DNA of 41,023 nucleotides from a virus (IMGVR_UViG_2541047694_000003:1-41023), one strand, 5' to 3'; positions 31,875 to 41,023 are shown, counted from the stretch's first letter. Notes: generated by a model from the sequence alone, not told the origin. Numbers and translations: made by a program.

Positions 31875-32945
31875 TTACCCCCTGAAGCCCGGTGGAATTT
31901 CGGTATCCGGTTCAGAAATATGATTCACACAACGCTGGTTGTTCGTACCGCTTACCGGGAGCAACCAGGGGTTTTCAAAATTCCGGTCCGGTCCAAAAAA
32001 CGTCGTCGCTCGCTGAACAAATTCCGTTCCCGTTTTCTCGGTAGCCGCCAAGTATCTTGCGTAACGCCTCACGCCATCCAGCATGGCCTCTGGTGGCACC
32101 CCCTCGCGTAATCTGGCCTTCCAGGCACTGAAAGCGGATTTCTTCGGGTTTGCTCCGGCACGCAACGGGTACTCCCGCCAGACCTGTTCGAACACATCCG
32201 GATAATCCACTCGTCCCACAGACAGCCCGGTGTTTTCCGGGACTACCCGATCGGCTTCCCGCTGAATGGCGGAATCGGTTTCAGGCTGCTGCAGTTGGTG
32301 TGATTGTTCCGGCCTTTGGGTCATCACCTGCTGCACAGCGCCCGAATCGGCTTTCAGCGCATACGCTGAATCGGCTTCCGGTGTCGTGCCTGCTGGCTGA
32401 CCAGGATTGACGGTCTGAACATCCCCTGCCTGGTTCGTGGCGTTTTTTACGCCATGGCCCATAGTGTTTTGATCTTCTTGATCTGTATCTTTATCTGTAT
32501 CTTTATCTGTCGTGACTCGTCGTGACATGTGCGTGACATTTCGTGACGCGCCGTGACAATCGCCATTTTGTTCCCGCTTTCTTTCCCTCTCTCGCTGCGC
32601 CCTCTTGCGCTCTGCAGGAGATTTTGCGGTTTGCGAAATATTGCCGTTGTCCTCTTTAAGCACCTGGCGTTTTTCCCATCCAGTGATTAAATCACCATCA
32701 AGTACCCGCCCCTGCATCGTCTGCAAAATTGAATCAATTACCTCTTCTGTCACGTCGAGCGCACTTGCCAAATCTTCTGTCGTGACATCAATGTGACCTC
32801 GCGTGACATTTCGTGACGCGCTCACCAGGAGGTGGATATACACTGCCATCACTGTTGCAATTGGCTGCCCTGACACCCTGGCAATTGTTCGCCACTTAGG
32901 GTCATTTGGCATGTCATGCCATAATCTGAGCCAGGCGTTAGCCAT
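31875..32945 (-). CDS. replication initiator-like protein (O-like / YdaU-like position)
   Basis: tracked ORF 31875..32951 starts at GTG; ATG MANAWLRLW... at 32945; contains internal iteron-like repeats; follows the cII/YdaT-like gene. Confidence 0.55.
   Translation of the reverse strand: MANAWLRLWHDMPNDPKWRTIARVSGQPIATVMAVYIHLLVSASRNVTRGHIDVTTEDLASALDVTEEVIDSILQTMQGRVLDGDLITGWEKRQVLKEDNGNISQTAKSPAERKRAQRERERKREQNGDCHGASRNVTHMSRRVTTDKDTDKDTDQEDQNTMGHGVKNATNQAGDVQTVNPGQPAGTTPEADSAYALKADSGAVQQVMTQRPEQSHQLQQPETDSAIQREADRVVPENTGLSVGRVDYPDVFEQVWREYPLRAGANPKKSAFSAWKARLREGVPPEAMLDGVRRYARYLAATEKTGTEFVQRATTFFGPDRNFENPWLLPVSGTNNQRCVNHISEPDTEIPPGFRG
32481..32557. repeat. tandem 12-bp repeat (ATCTGTATCTTT x2.5) followed by five CGTGAC hexamers at 10-11 bp spacing
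   Basis: CGTGAC at 32511, 32521, 32532, 32542, 32552; lies within the replication gene, encoding ...SRNVTHMSRRVTTDKDTDKDTD... Confidence 0.7.
32781..32817. repeat. second cluster of CGTGAC-type hexamers at 10-11 bp spacing
   Basis: CGTGAC at 32781, TGTGAC at 32792, CGTGAC at 32802 and 32812; CGTGACATTTCGTGACGCG shared with the first cluster. Confidence 0.7.
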
Positions 32946-33016
32946 ACTCACCTCTTCTGATACCGAATCTTTTTACTCACGAGTTGCCGGAAGCGATTCG
33001 ATATGGCTATTATCAC

Positions 33017-33442
33017 TCAATGCACTGCCACAGCATTTCCTGCCGGGCCACCACGGTTCATCTGATTGAAACCGGCGATTGCCACTGCGACAAAATCATC
33101 AGCGTCTCTCACCAGTCGCTCCCGCGTCTCCACCAGCTCCCGAAAATAAGCTGAACTGTGGCTGCGCATTCTGGCCACCAGCAAAGGTGGCATTGCCTTT
33201 TCGATCGCTGGTAACAACGCCTGAATTTTTTCAACTGCATCAGGGGTGTCTTTCTCTATCCAGCGGAAAATTTTCTGGGTATTACGAGCCAGGGCTTCCG
33301 GATGGCTGTCGTCGTACAGTTCAGGAAACGTCATACCCAACTCAAAATAAGCCTGGGTTATTCCAGCTGCCGGAACTTTTTCGCCATCAGGACGCGCCCA
33401 GGCATTCATCGCCATGCGGATGTGTTCATGCTTGATTTTCAT
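33017..33442 (-). CDS. YdaT-like protein (cII position)
   Basis: start at MKIKHEHIRMAMNAW..., resembles Rac YdaT N-terminus as recalled; follows the Cro-like gene. Confidence 0.55.
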   Translation of the reverse strand: MKIKHEHIRMAMNAWARPDGEKVPAAGITQAYFELGMTFPELYDDSHPEALARNTQKIFRWIEKDTPDAVEKIQALLPAIEKAMPPLLVARMRSHSSAYFRELVETRERLVRDADDFVAVAIAGFNQMNRGGPAGNAVAVH

Positions 33443-33668
33443 GAATCCCCCCTTGGTTAGAAGGCGGATTATGATCTGAACCGGGAATGACAACCGTCGG
33501 TATGTGTAACTCATATTTGAGCGCCCCGGCAGTGACTGCCTGAATTAGCAACGCCCATTTCCACGGAACCTCTTCCCCCCACATGCTGACTGTGGTTTTT
33601 GACGTTCCTAGAGCTGCGGCTGTTTTAACAACTCCGCCAAAATAGCCTAATACTTCTGATTTTTTCAT
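33426..33668 (-). CDS. Cro/YdaS-like HTH regulator
   Basis: start at MKKSEVLGYFGGVVKTAAALGTSKTTVSMWGE... (HTH); divergent from the CI-like gene. Confidence 0.65.
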   Translation of the reverse strand: MKKSEVLGYFGGVVKTAAALGTSKTTVSMWGEEVPWKWALLIQAVTAGALKYELHIPTVVIPGSDHNPPSNQGGIHENQA

Positions 33669-33742
33669 GAGTCGCTCCATAAAACTGAACGCCAAAAGTT
33701 TAATAATCAAAACCAAAGAAAGTCAAGAAACAAAACCATCTG

Positions 33743-33760
33743 TGTTTTAAAATCAAAACA
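33743..33760. promoter_or_regulatory. candidate repressor operator TGTTTT-N6-AAAACA abutting the cI start codon
   Basis: inverted repeat TGTTTTaaaatcAAAACA ending at the A of the cI ATG, which implies a leaderless or very short-leader cI transcript. Confidence 0.5.
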
Positions 33761-34398
33761 TGAGCAAGCAAACAATATCTGAACGCATAACCCAACGTAT
33801 GCATGCGCTAAACCTGAAAGGCAAAGACCTTGTCAATGCCACTGGCGCATCAAAAGGCTCCGTAAGTCAATGGATGAACGGTGGAGGAGCGCCGTCCTCG
33901 CGTTACATAAGTTCACTGGCAAACATATTGAAAGTAAACGAAAATTGGCTTCTTAATGGAGGAGAGTTAAATACAGGTGATTCGCTTGATCTATCTTTAC
34001 CGCCGATAAAAACGGTTCCGCTACTATCACTTCAGCAGGCAGCAAGCTGGAGTGATTATATGAAAAATTCCTCAATAACCTCTTGTGTGCAGCTTGTCGG
34101 AGAAATCCCGGCCAATACCTTTGCAGTTGTTCTAGAGAGTGACAGTATGTCAACATCTGGTGGGGGAGTTTCCATCCCAAATGGTTCAACAGTTTTTGTT
34201 GATCCCGATCGAACCGTACAACCGGGAAATATTGTCCTTGCCTTACCCAAAGGGACCACAACACCTGTCATTCGTAAACTGGAGATAGAAGGGCCGGATA
34301 TTCTTTTAGTCCCCACGAATCCTCGCTACCCTTCAATTATGCTGGATGATCTATCTTGCATATTGGGCGTATGCTTTAAAATTCAACAAGATATTTAA
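33760..34398 (+). CDS. CI-like repressor (HTH plus LexA/S24-type autoproteolytic C-terminal domain)
   Basis: 212 aa; N-terminal HTH ...GKDLVNATGASKGSVSQWMNG...; C-terminal region of S24 length; divergent to the Cro-like gene. Confidence 0.75.
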   Translation: MSKQTISERITQRMHALNLKGKDLVNATGASKGSVSQWMNGGGAPSSRYISSLANILKVNENWLLNGGELNTGDSLDLSLPPIKTVPLLSLQQAASWSDYMKNSSITSCVQLVGEIPANTFAVVLESDSMSTSGGGVSIPNGSTVFVDPDRTVQPGNIVLALPKGTTTPVIRKLEIEGPDILLVPTNPRYPSIMLDDLSCILGVCFKIQQDI

Positions 34399-34464
34399 CC
34401 GACCTCATTTATTTGATTAACTGTATGCCATCGTGGTGATGGCTTAACAACTGCCTGCTTAAAA

Positions 34465-34511
34465 TGTTTTGATAAAAAAACATTGACCTGAAAAGTTCAT
34501 TTTTCTAAACT
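34465..34511 (+). promoter_or_regulatory. pL-like promoter with overlapping operator driving ydfABC-dicF-dicB
   Basis: operator TGTTTTgataaaAAAACA (34465..34482), then -35 TTGACC (34483..34488), 17-bp spacer, -10 TAAACT (34506..34511). Confidence 0.6.
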
Positions 34512-34690
34512 TCATTCATTCCCTCTCCCCACCCCACAGAATGCAGGGCAATACTTCGAGTTACCAGGCAGTGGTCAGGGGTTAAGTAGCCAGCCCGAGG
34601 CGTAAGAACATGACGGCAGGGTTCAACTTTAATAACTATGCAGCAGGTTTTTGTTCCGCTACCCCGGCGTTAAGGGGAAATGAGGTCAGC

Positions 34691-34846
34691 ATGGATACTA
34701 TCGATCTTGGCAACAACGAATCTCTGGTGTACGGCGTGTTTCCAAACCAGGACGGCACCTTCACCGCAATGACGTATACCAAAAGCAAAACGTTTAAAAC
34801 CGAAAATGGTGCCCGTCGCTGGCTGGAAAGAAACTCAGGTGAGTGA
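34691..34846 (+). CDS. ydfA: YdfA-like small protein
   Basis: MDTIDLGNNESLVYGVFPNQDGTF... with GAGG SD; Qin-like gene order. Confidence 0.6.
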   Translation: MDTIDLGNNESLVYGVFPNQDGTFTAMTYTKSKTFKTENGARRWLERNSGE

Positions 34847-34847
34847 T

Positions 34848-34976
34848 ATGGATTTTGACACAATCATGGAAAAGGCTTACGAAGAATACTTCGAAGGCCT
34901 TGCCGAAGGCGAAGAAGCTCACAGCTTCAACGAATTTAAACAGGCGCTTTCCAGTTCGGCAAAATCTAACGGCTGA
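34848..34976 (+). CDS. ydfB: YdfB-like small protein (below the ORF-track length cutoff)
   Basis: 42-aa ATG ORF MDFDTIMEKAYEEYFEGLAEGEEAHSFNEFKQALSSSAKSNG, 1 nt after the ydfA stop. Confidence 0.55.
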   Translation: MDFDTIMEKAYEEYFEGLAEGEEAHSFNEFKQALSSSAKSNG

Positions 34977-35005
34977 TAAGCGAAACAGCACCGCGAGGAA
35001 TCAGT

Positions 35006-35224
35006 ATGCAGAAACGAGAACCCGTCATCATCGCGCCAGACTATACCGATGATGAACTTTATGAGTGGATGCGCCAGAAAATTAATGCAGCGCAGGATCT
35101 GAAATGGGCCAATGAAGCCAAGGCTAAGCAGGCTGAAAATCTGTCCGCTCTGGAGCAGGATATCACCAGGCTGGAAAAAGCAGCGGCATTAAGCATTGCC
35201 AGAATGATTACATACCAGCGTTAA
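35006..35224 (+). CDS. ydfC: YdfC-like protein
   Basis: 72-aa ORF with GAGGAA SD; Qin-like gene order. Confidence 0.6.
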   Translation: MQKREPVIIAPDYTDDELYEWMRQKINAAQDLKWANEAKAKQAENLSALEQDITRLEKAAALSIARMITYQR

Positions 35225-35564
35225 TAGCTAACCAACGAAGCTAAGGTTGGTAATTAAGGAGTTCTCCACGGGTGAGGTGGAGTGCGTGCGCCGGACACGG
35301 GTGAGCATCCGGCACTGACAGTTTACTGAAAGGATATTTCCATGAAAAGTCAGACCATAACGCGAAAGCGCACGGCGAGGTAGCTGGTTCATAGATAGCC
35401 TGTCGTTAAATTTTCGTCGACCGTGCGCTTCCGGTTGTGGCACTACGCGAAATGGCGCGGCGGTAAGTATGGCGGGGTTATTCCTTCCCCGTTGAGGACA
35501 CCGGGTTGTCAGGTTGACCATACGCTTAAGTGACAACCCCGCTGCAACGCCCTCTGTTATCAAT

Positions 35565-35617
35565 TTTCTGGTGACGTTTGGCGGTATCAGTTTTACTCCG
35601 TGACTGCTCTGCCGCCC
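35565..35617 (+). ncRNA. dicF: DicF small regulatory RNA (ftsZ/manX-targeting sRNA)
   Basis: TTTCTGGTGACGTTTGGCGGTATCAGTTTTACTCCGTGACTGCTCTGCCGCCC followed by TTTTT; matches DicF as recalled; between ydfC and dicB. Confidence 0.8.
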
Positions 35618-35791
35618 TTTTTAAAGTGAATTTTGTGATGCGGTGAATGCGGCTAAGCGCACGCGGAACAGTTAAAACCAAAAACAGTGTTATGGGTGGA
35701 TTCTCTGTATCCGGCGTTAATTGTTAACTGGTTAACGTCACCTGGAGGCACCAGGCACCGCATCACAAAACTCATTGTTGAGGGCGCGATA

Positions 35792-35980
35792 ATGAAAACG
35801 TTATTACCAAACGTTAATACGTCTGAAGGTTGTTTTGAAATTGGTGTCACTATCAGTAATCCTGTATTTACTGAAGATGCCATTAACAAAAGAAAACACG
35901 AACGGGAGTTATTAAATAAAGTATGCATTGTTTCAATGCTGGCCCGTTTACGTCTGATGCCAAAAGGATGTGCACAATGA
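35792..35980 (+). CDS. dicB: cell division inhibitor DicB
   Basis: 62 aa MKTLLPNVNTSEGCFEIGVTISNPVFTEDAINKRK...MPKGCAQ. Confidence 0.85.
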   Translation: MKTLLPNVNTSEGCFEIGVTISNPVFTEDAINKRKHERELLNKVCIVSMLARLRLMPKGCAQ

Positions 35981-36168
35981 ATCCAGTATTTGCACTTATT
36001 CTGACGGTTTTTCTTGTTTCCGGAGAGCCAGTTGATATTGCAGTCAGTGTTCACAGAACAATGCAGGAATGTATGGCAGCAGCAACCGAACAGAAAATTC
36101 CAGGCAACTGTTATCCGGTCGATAAAGTTATTCACCAGGATAATAACGAAATCCCGGCAGGATTTTAA
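35977..36168 (+). CDS. ydfD: YdfD-like small membrane (lysis-type) protein
   Basis: 63 aa MNPVFALILTVFLVSGEPVDIAVSVHRTMQECM...; ATGA overlap with dicB. Confidence 0.7.
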   Translation: MNPVFALILTVFLVSGEPVDIAVSVHRTMQECMAAATEQKIPGNCYPVDKVIHQDNNEIPAGF

Positions 36169-36261
36169 AACAGCACCGTAATAAATATCCAGTTTCATTC
36201 TTATATGTCAGCAATGGCAGAGATTTGTTCACCCTTAAATCTGTGATGAGGTTTACCAATA

Positions 36262-38703
36262 ATGAGCACTGATAAAGAAGAATTTGCACTATATTGCGAA
36301 GCAAAAAATGACAAAGTAAGAAAACGCCTGGGAATTAAAGGTGGTTTTTACTGGACTACAGCAAAAAAATTATCTGTTGCAATCTCCCGCTGCATTACCG
36401 CAATGGATGACAACGATTATGATGAAGACGACTTTAAAAAACCCGTCCGCGTCAATTTGCCCGTTGTTGACGACCTTCCGCCAGAAGGCGTGTTTGATAC
36501 TGAATTCTGCAACCGCTATGAAAAAGGCGGGAAAGATGGCATCACAATGACATTTATCGGCCCTTCCCCCTCTGTTCAGGACAAACCAGCCAGCACTGAC
36601 AATACCAACATCAACGGCGAAGACATGACTGAGATTGAGGAGAGCATGCTTCTGCCTGTCTCCGGTCAGGAACTGCCCATTCGTTGGCTTGCTCAACACG
36701 GCAGCGAAAAACCAGTAACGCACGTTTCACGCGACGAACTCCAGGCATTACACATTGCACGGGCTGAAGAACTACCGGCTGTTACTGCCCTGGCTATTTC
36801 GCATAAAACCAGTCTGCTCGACTCGCTGGAGATTCGCGACCTCCACAAACTGGTTCGTGACACTGACAAAGTTTTCCCTAATCCTGGTAATTCAGACCTG
36901 GGACTAATAACTGCTTTTTTCGAAGCATACCTGGACGCTGACTACACTGATCGGGGTCTGCTGACAAAAGAGTGGATGAAAGGAAATCGTGTTTCACGCA
37001 TCACCCGCACGGCTTCCGGTGCTAATGCTGGCGGTGGGAACAAAACCGATCGCAATCCGAATTTAGTACACACCCTCGACACACTGGATGTGGAGATTGC
37101 AGCAGCCACACTTCCGATGGATTTTAATATTTATGAAATTCCGGGCAGCGTTTATCGTCGCGCAAAAGAAGTAGTCCTGAACAAAGAAAGTCCGTTCAAA
37201 GAATGGTCCGCAGCACTTCGTGCAACCCCGGGTATTCTGGACTATTCCCGCGCCGCTATTTTTGCACTTATCCGAAGCGCACACCCTGAATTTTATCACT
37301 ACCCGGGACGCCTTCAGGGGTATATCAACGCCTATTTGACGGAAACTGATCACGAGAACCCCAGCAAGGAAACTCTCACAGCTGCCCGGCATACGCCGGA
37401 AAAAGATATCCTGGAAGAAATTAACCGCGAGGTGGTTACTGAGCGTGAAACAGAAGAAGAAAAACCACAACCATCTGACGCAATGGCAGGTGAACAGGCA
37501 ACAACTGAAACAATGGAACCGGATACAACTGAACATGGCCAGAACGCGCAGTCGCTGGATGCTCAGTCGCAGGTGAGTTCCGCTAACCAAGTAAAAGTCA
37601 CCGCTGACGAAGCAAACAAAATTATGCAGGCAGCCAATATCAGCCAGCCTGACGCCGATAAGTTACTTGCTGTATCGCGTGGTGAATTTGTTGAGGGGAT
37701 TAGCGACCCTAATGATCCGAAATGGGTCAAGGGGATCCAGACTCGCGATTCTGTGAACCAGAACCAGCATGAATCGGAACGGAACGACCAAAAAGCGGAA
37801 CAAAACAGCCCAAATGCGTTACAAAACGAGCCAGAAACGAAACAATCCGAACCAGTAGCGCAACAGGAACCGGAAAAAGTCTGCACCGCCTGCGGTCAGA
37901 GCGGTGGCGGCAACTGCCCTGATTGTGGCGCGGTGATGGGCGACGCAACATACCAGGAAACATTCGATGAAGAGAATCAGGTTGAAGTTCAGGAAAATGA
38001 TCCGGAGGAAATGGAAGGCGCTGAACATCCACACAAGGAGAACCCTGGCGGCAATCAGCATCACGCCAGCGATAATAAAACTGGCGAGACGGCAGATCAC
38101 TCAATTAAGGTGAACGGTCATCACGAAATCACATCCACCAGCAGGACGTGTGACCATCTAATGATCGACCTTGAAACCATGGGAAAAAATCCTGATGCCC
38201 CGATCATCTCAATAGGTGCAATATTTTTCGATCCGCAAACCGGAGATATGGGACCGGAATTTAGTAAGACTATCGATCTGGAAACTGCTGGCGGAGTCAT
38301 TGATCGGGACACCATTAAATGGTGGCTTAAGCAATCACGCGAAGCGCAATCTGCCATTATGACCGATGAAATCCCGTTAGATGATGCACTGTTACAATTG
38401 CGGGAATTTATCGACGAAAACTCCGGTGAATTTTTTGTTCAGGTCTGGGGAAATGGAGCCAACTTCGACAACACGATTTTGCGCCGTTCATACGAACGGC
38501 AGGGGATCCCCTGCCCGTGGCGTTACTACAACGATCGCGATGTACGCACAATCGTTGAGCTGGGGAAAGCCATAGACTTCGATGCCAGAACGGCTATTCC
38601 ATTCGAAGGTGAGCGACATAATGCACTTGATGACGCTCGTTACCAGGCAAAATACGTTTCAGCTATCTGGCAAAAACTGATCCCGAGTCAGGCTGATTTT
38701 TAA
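36262..38703 (+). CDS. RecE N-terminal-like protein with C-terminal DEDD-type 3'-5' exonuclease-like domain
   Basis: 813 aa; residues ~110-260 closely match the RecE N-terminal region as recalled ([40 protein letters not shown]...); central zinc-ribbon-like [17 protein letters not shown]-terminal ...[28 protein letters not shown]... exonuclease-like. Confidence 0.6.
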   Translation: MSTDKEEFALYCEAKNDKVRKRLGIKGGFYWTTAKKLSVAISRCITAMDDNDYDEDDFKKPVRVNLPVVDDLPPEGVFDTEFCNRYEKGGKDGITMTFIGPSPSVQDKPASTDNTNINGEDMTEIEESMLLPVSGQELPIRWLAQHGSEKPVTHVSRDELQALHIARAEELPAVTALAISHKTSLLDSLEIRDLHKLVRDTDKVFPNPGNSDLGLITAFFEAYLDADYTDRGLLTKEWMKGNRVSRITRTASGANAGGGNKTDRNPNLVHTLDTLDVEIAAATLPMDFNIYEIPGSVYRRAKEVVLNKESPFKEWSAALRATPGILDYSRAAIFALIRSAHPEFYHYPGRLQGYINAYLTETDHENPSKETLTAARHTPEKDILEEINREVVTERETEEEKPQPSDAMAGEQATTETMEPDTTEHGQNAQSLDAQSQVSSANQVKVTADEANKIMQAANISQPDADKLLAVSRGEFVEGISDPNDPKWVKGIQTRDSVNQNQHESERNDQKAEQNSPNALQNEPETKQSEPVAQQEPEKVCTACGQSGGGNCPDCGAVMGDATYQETFDEENQVEVQENDPEEMEGAEHPHKENPGGNQHHASDNKTGETADHSIKVNGHHEITSTSRTCDHLMIDLETMGKNPDAPIISIGAIFFDPQTGDMGPEFSKTIDLETAGGVIDRDTIKWWLKQSREAQSAIMTDEIPLDDALLQLREFIDENSGEFFVQVWGNGANFDNTILRRSYERQGIPCPWRYYNDRDVRTIVELGKAIDFDARTAIPFEGERHNALDDARYQAKYVSAIWQKLIPSQADF

Positions 38704-38761
38704 TGTTCAACCCTAATTGCCGCTAACCGTATATAGTTAGCGGCGGTTATGAGATATAGCT

Positions 38762-38965
38762 ATGAGCAGCTTATTTTTAACCGAAGATGAATTGCTAATA
38801 TTAACGGGCTGCAAATATGCAAGCCACCAGCGAAAATGGTTAATGGAAAACGGGCTTCCGTTCTATACCAATCGTAGTGGCAAACCGATTGTCAGCCGGG
38901 ATCTATTTACCTGCAATAAAACTTTACCACCACGCGAGGTAGAGCCGAATTTTGGTGCGATCTGA
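38762..38965 (+). CDS. excisionase-like protein
   Basis: 67-aa ORF immediately upstream of and overlapping the integrase start. Confidence 0.5.
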   Translation: MSSLFLTEDELLILTGCKYASHQRKWLMENGLPFYTNRSGKPIVSRDLFTCNKTLPPREVEPNFGAI

Positions 38966-39990
38966 TGGGAAGACGAAGGAAAAATCCTGAACACGAAAAA
39001 TTACCTCCAAATGTATACCCAAATAAATATAGTTATGTATGGAAACCAACATCCAGAGAATCTGTCACACTAACCGCCATCAAGGATGGTTTAGCTGCTT
39101 TATGGAAAAAGTATGAGGAAACTGTAAATAATCGCGATCGTGCAATGACATTCGGTCGCTTGTGGGAAAAATTCCTCGCCAGCGCCTATTACAGTGACCT
39201 TAGTCCAAGAACACAAAAAGATTATCTGCAACATCAAAAAAAGTTGCTTGCCGTATTCGGTAAGGTACCAGCGGATTCCATAAAACCAGAACACATCCGT
39301 CGATACATGGACAAAAGAGGGGAGCAGAGTAAAACGCAAGCCAACCATGAAAAAAGCAGTATGTCCCGTGTTTACAGTTGGGGGTATGAGCGAGGGTACG
39401 TCAAGGCTAACCCATGTGCAGGTGTAAGTAAATTCAAGGCCAAAAACCGCGAACGATATGTAACCGACAAAGAATACCAGGCAGTATTAAGCGTTGCACC
39501 TCTTCCTGTTTTTATCGCAATGGAAATTGCCTATCTGTGTGCAGCGAGGGTTTCCGATGTGTTATCGCTGAAATGGGAACAGATTGGAAACGACGGGATA
39601 TTCATCCAGCAAGGGAAAACCGGAAAAAAACAGATAAAAGCATGGAGTCCACGATTACAGGCAGCGATCGAAAAAGCAAAACAGTTACCAAAATCTGCCT
39701 ATGTGATCAGCAATCAATACGGCAACCGATATATGTACAAAGGCTTTAACGAAATGTGGGTAGAAGCAAGAAATCGTGCTGGAAAAATTTCAGGTATTTT
39801 AACCGACTTCACCTTTCATGATCTGAAGGCGAAAGGAATTTCAGACTATGAAGGAAGCAGCCGGGATAAGCAACTTTTCTCTGGTCACAAAACCGAAGGG
39901 CAAGTGCTAATCTATGACAGGAAGGTTAAAGTTTCACCAACACTTGATGTCCCGTTACCTGAAAATATTCCAAGAAAATATTCCAAGTAA
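38965..39990 (+). CDS. int: tyrosine-type site-specific integrase
   Basis: 341 aa, lambda-integrase-like; adjacent to the tRNA-Ser 3' end. Confidence 0.85.
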   Translation: MGRRRKNPEHEKLPPNVYPNKYSYVWKPTSRESVTLTAIKDGLAALWKKYEETVNNRDRAMTFGRLWEKFLASAYYSDLSPRTQKDYLQHQKKLLAVFGKVPADSIKPEHIRRYMDKRGEQSKTQANHEKSSMSRVYSWGYERGYVKANPCAGVSKFKAKNRERYVTDKEYQAVLSVAPLPVFIAMEIAYLCAARVSDVLSLKWEQIGNDGIFIQQGKTGKKQIKAWSPRLQAAIEKAKQLPKSAYVISNQYGNRYMYKGFNEMWVEARNRAGKISGILTDFTFHDLKAKGISDYEGSSRDKQLFSGHKTEGQVLIYDRKVKVSPTLDVPLPENIPRKYSK

Positions 39991-40042
39991 TTCCAAGTGT
40001 GATTTTTGTCACTGACTTAATGATGTGTAAGTGATTGAATTT

Positions 40043-40132
40043 TGGCGGAGAGAGGGGGATTTGAACCCCCGGTGGAGTTGCCCCCACTCCGGTTTTCGAG
40101 ACCGGTCCGTTCAGCCGCTCCGGCATCTCTCC
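40043..40132 (-). tRNA. serU: tRNA-Ser (anticodon CGA), probable prophage attachment target
   Basis: 90 nt GGAGAGATGCCGGAGCGGCTGAACGGACCGGTCTCGAAAACCGG...GGTTCAAATCC...CGCCA with long variable arm. Confidence 0.85.
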
Positions 40133-40225
40133 GTTCAGATGGTTGCCATGATGCCAGGAAATTTGGCATTTTAACAGTCCCTGTCCGTGCAATTTTGTTC
40201 AAGTGACGAGTTTGCGAGCAAAACG

Positions 40226-41023
40226 ATGATTAAGTGGCCCTGGAAAGTACAAGAATCAGCACATCAAACTGCCCTTCCCTGGCAGGAAGCACTATCGATC
40301 CCCCTTTTAACGTGTCTGACAGAACAGGAACAAAGCAAATTGGTCGCTCTTGCCGAACGTTTTTTACAGCAAAAACGGCTTGTTCCTTTACAGGGCTTTG
40401 AGCTGAATTCATTAAGAAGCTGCCGGATAGCACTTCTATTTTGCCTGCCCGTTCTGGAGTTAGGACTGGAATGGCTGGATGGTTTTCATGAAGTCTTAAT
40501 TTATCCTGCGCCATTTGTGGTCGATGATGAATGGGAAGACGATATCGGTCTGGTGCATAACCAACGTATTGTTCAGTCAGGTCAGAGCTGGCAGCAAGGG
40601 CCTATCGTTTTGAACTGGTTGGATATACAAGATTCTTTTGATGCTTCTGGTTTTAACCTGATTATTCATGAAGTCGCTCATAAGCTGGACACCCGTAACG
40701 GCGATCGCGCCAGCGGAGTTCCCTTTATTTCGTTGCGTGAGGTTGCTGGCTGGGAACACGATCTTCATGCTGCAATGAACAACATTCAGGAAGAAATCGA
40801 ATTAGTTGGTGAGAATGCGGCGAGCATTGATGCTTATGCTGCCAGTGATCCTGCTGAATGTTTTGCCGTACTTTCTGAATATTTCTTTAGCGCCCCAGAA
40901 CTTTTTGCTCCTCGTTTCCCTTCATTGTGGCAACGTTTCTGTCAATTTTATCAACAAGATCCTTTGCAGAGACTGCATCACGCTAATGATACAGACTCGT
41001 TTTCGGCGACGAATGTTCATTAA
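40226..41023 (+). CDS. mtfA: Mlc titration factor MtfA (host gene)
   Basis: 265 aa [39 protein letters not shown]... with HEVAH zinc-peptidase motif; matches E. coli MtfA as recalled. Confidence 0.85.
   Translation: MIKWPWKVQESAHQTALPWQEALSIPLLTCLTEQEQSKLVALAERFLQQKRLVPLQGFELNSLRSCRIALLFCLPVLELGLEWLDGFHEVLIYPAPFVVDDEWEDDIGLVHNQRIVQSGQSWQQGPIVLNWLDIQDSFDASGFNLIIHEVAHKLDTRNGDRASGVPFISLREVAGWEHDLHAAMNNIQEEIELVGENAASIDAYAASDPAECFAVLSEYFFSAPELFAPRFPSLWQRFCQFYQQDPLQRLHHANDTDSFSATNVH

Noticed and set aside
32481-32557. Possible CRISPR-like or tandem array from the ATCTGTATCTTT and CGTGAC repeats
   Set aside because: Repeats are only 6-12 bp, in frame within a coding gene, and lack spacer-repeat architecture; interpreted as iterons or a coding linker instead.
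35228-35563. 111-aa minus-strand ORF upstream of DicF
   Set aside because: Starts with TTG, has no SD, and lies antisense in the ydfC-dicF leader of a plus-strand operon; judged spurious.
35653-36198. 181-aa minus-strand ORF
   Set aside because: Antisense to the well-supported dicB and ydfD genes; Cys-rich low-complexity translation typical of a spurious frame.
37063-38104. Several minus-strand ORFs (175, 125, 107, 93 aa)
   Set aside because: All are antisense to the 813-aa RecE-like gene and have low-complexity translations; no independent start signals.
38719-38744. GCCGCTAAC-cgtatata-GTTAGCGGC hairpin after the RecE-like gene as a terminator
   Set aside because: Perfect 9-bp stem but no following T-run; could be a regulatory or Int/Xis-related site, and evidence is insufficient to call it a terminator.

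Overview
This window is almost entirely one prophage (about 1 to 40050) integrated next to a tRNA-Ser(CGA) gene and the host gene mtfA (40226..41023). The prophage is a mosaic: a Qin/Rac-like immunity and early region on the right (xis-int, a RecE-N-terminal-like exonuclease, ydfD-dicB-DicF-ydfCBA, a CI-like repressor, divergent Cro/YdaS-like and YdaT-like genes, a replication initiator), then a nin-type accessory region, Q antiterminator, three tRNA genes, a lysis cassette, an HK97-type head module and a Mu-type contractile tail and baseplate module, all on the minus strand. Two IS911-like (IS3 family) copies are present in inverted orientation: a complete 1250-bp copy at 28832..30081 with a 3-bp target duplication, and a window-truncated copy at 1..155 that interrupts the tail fibre gene. 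The most interesting content is in the nin-type region between the replication genes and Q: (i) an AT-rich, terminator-insulated two-gene operon encoding an unrecognised 204-aa protein translationally coupled to an HTH(XRE)-ImmA/IrrE-type metallopeptidase fusion, a candidate toxin-antitoxin or anti-phage module; (ii) a roughly 934-aa STAND-like P-loop NTPase with a nuclease-like N-terminus and a C-terminal SEC-C zinc motif, split precisely by the complete IS911 copy; and (iii) an orphan hok-family toxin gene. Further single-gene morons sit between the lysis and packaging genes and inside the tail cluster. No CRISPR array was seen. All family assignments are from reading the translations and gene order by eye; no database search was possible.
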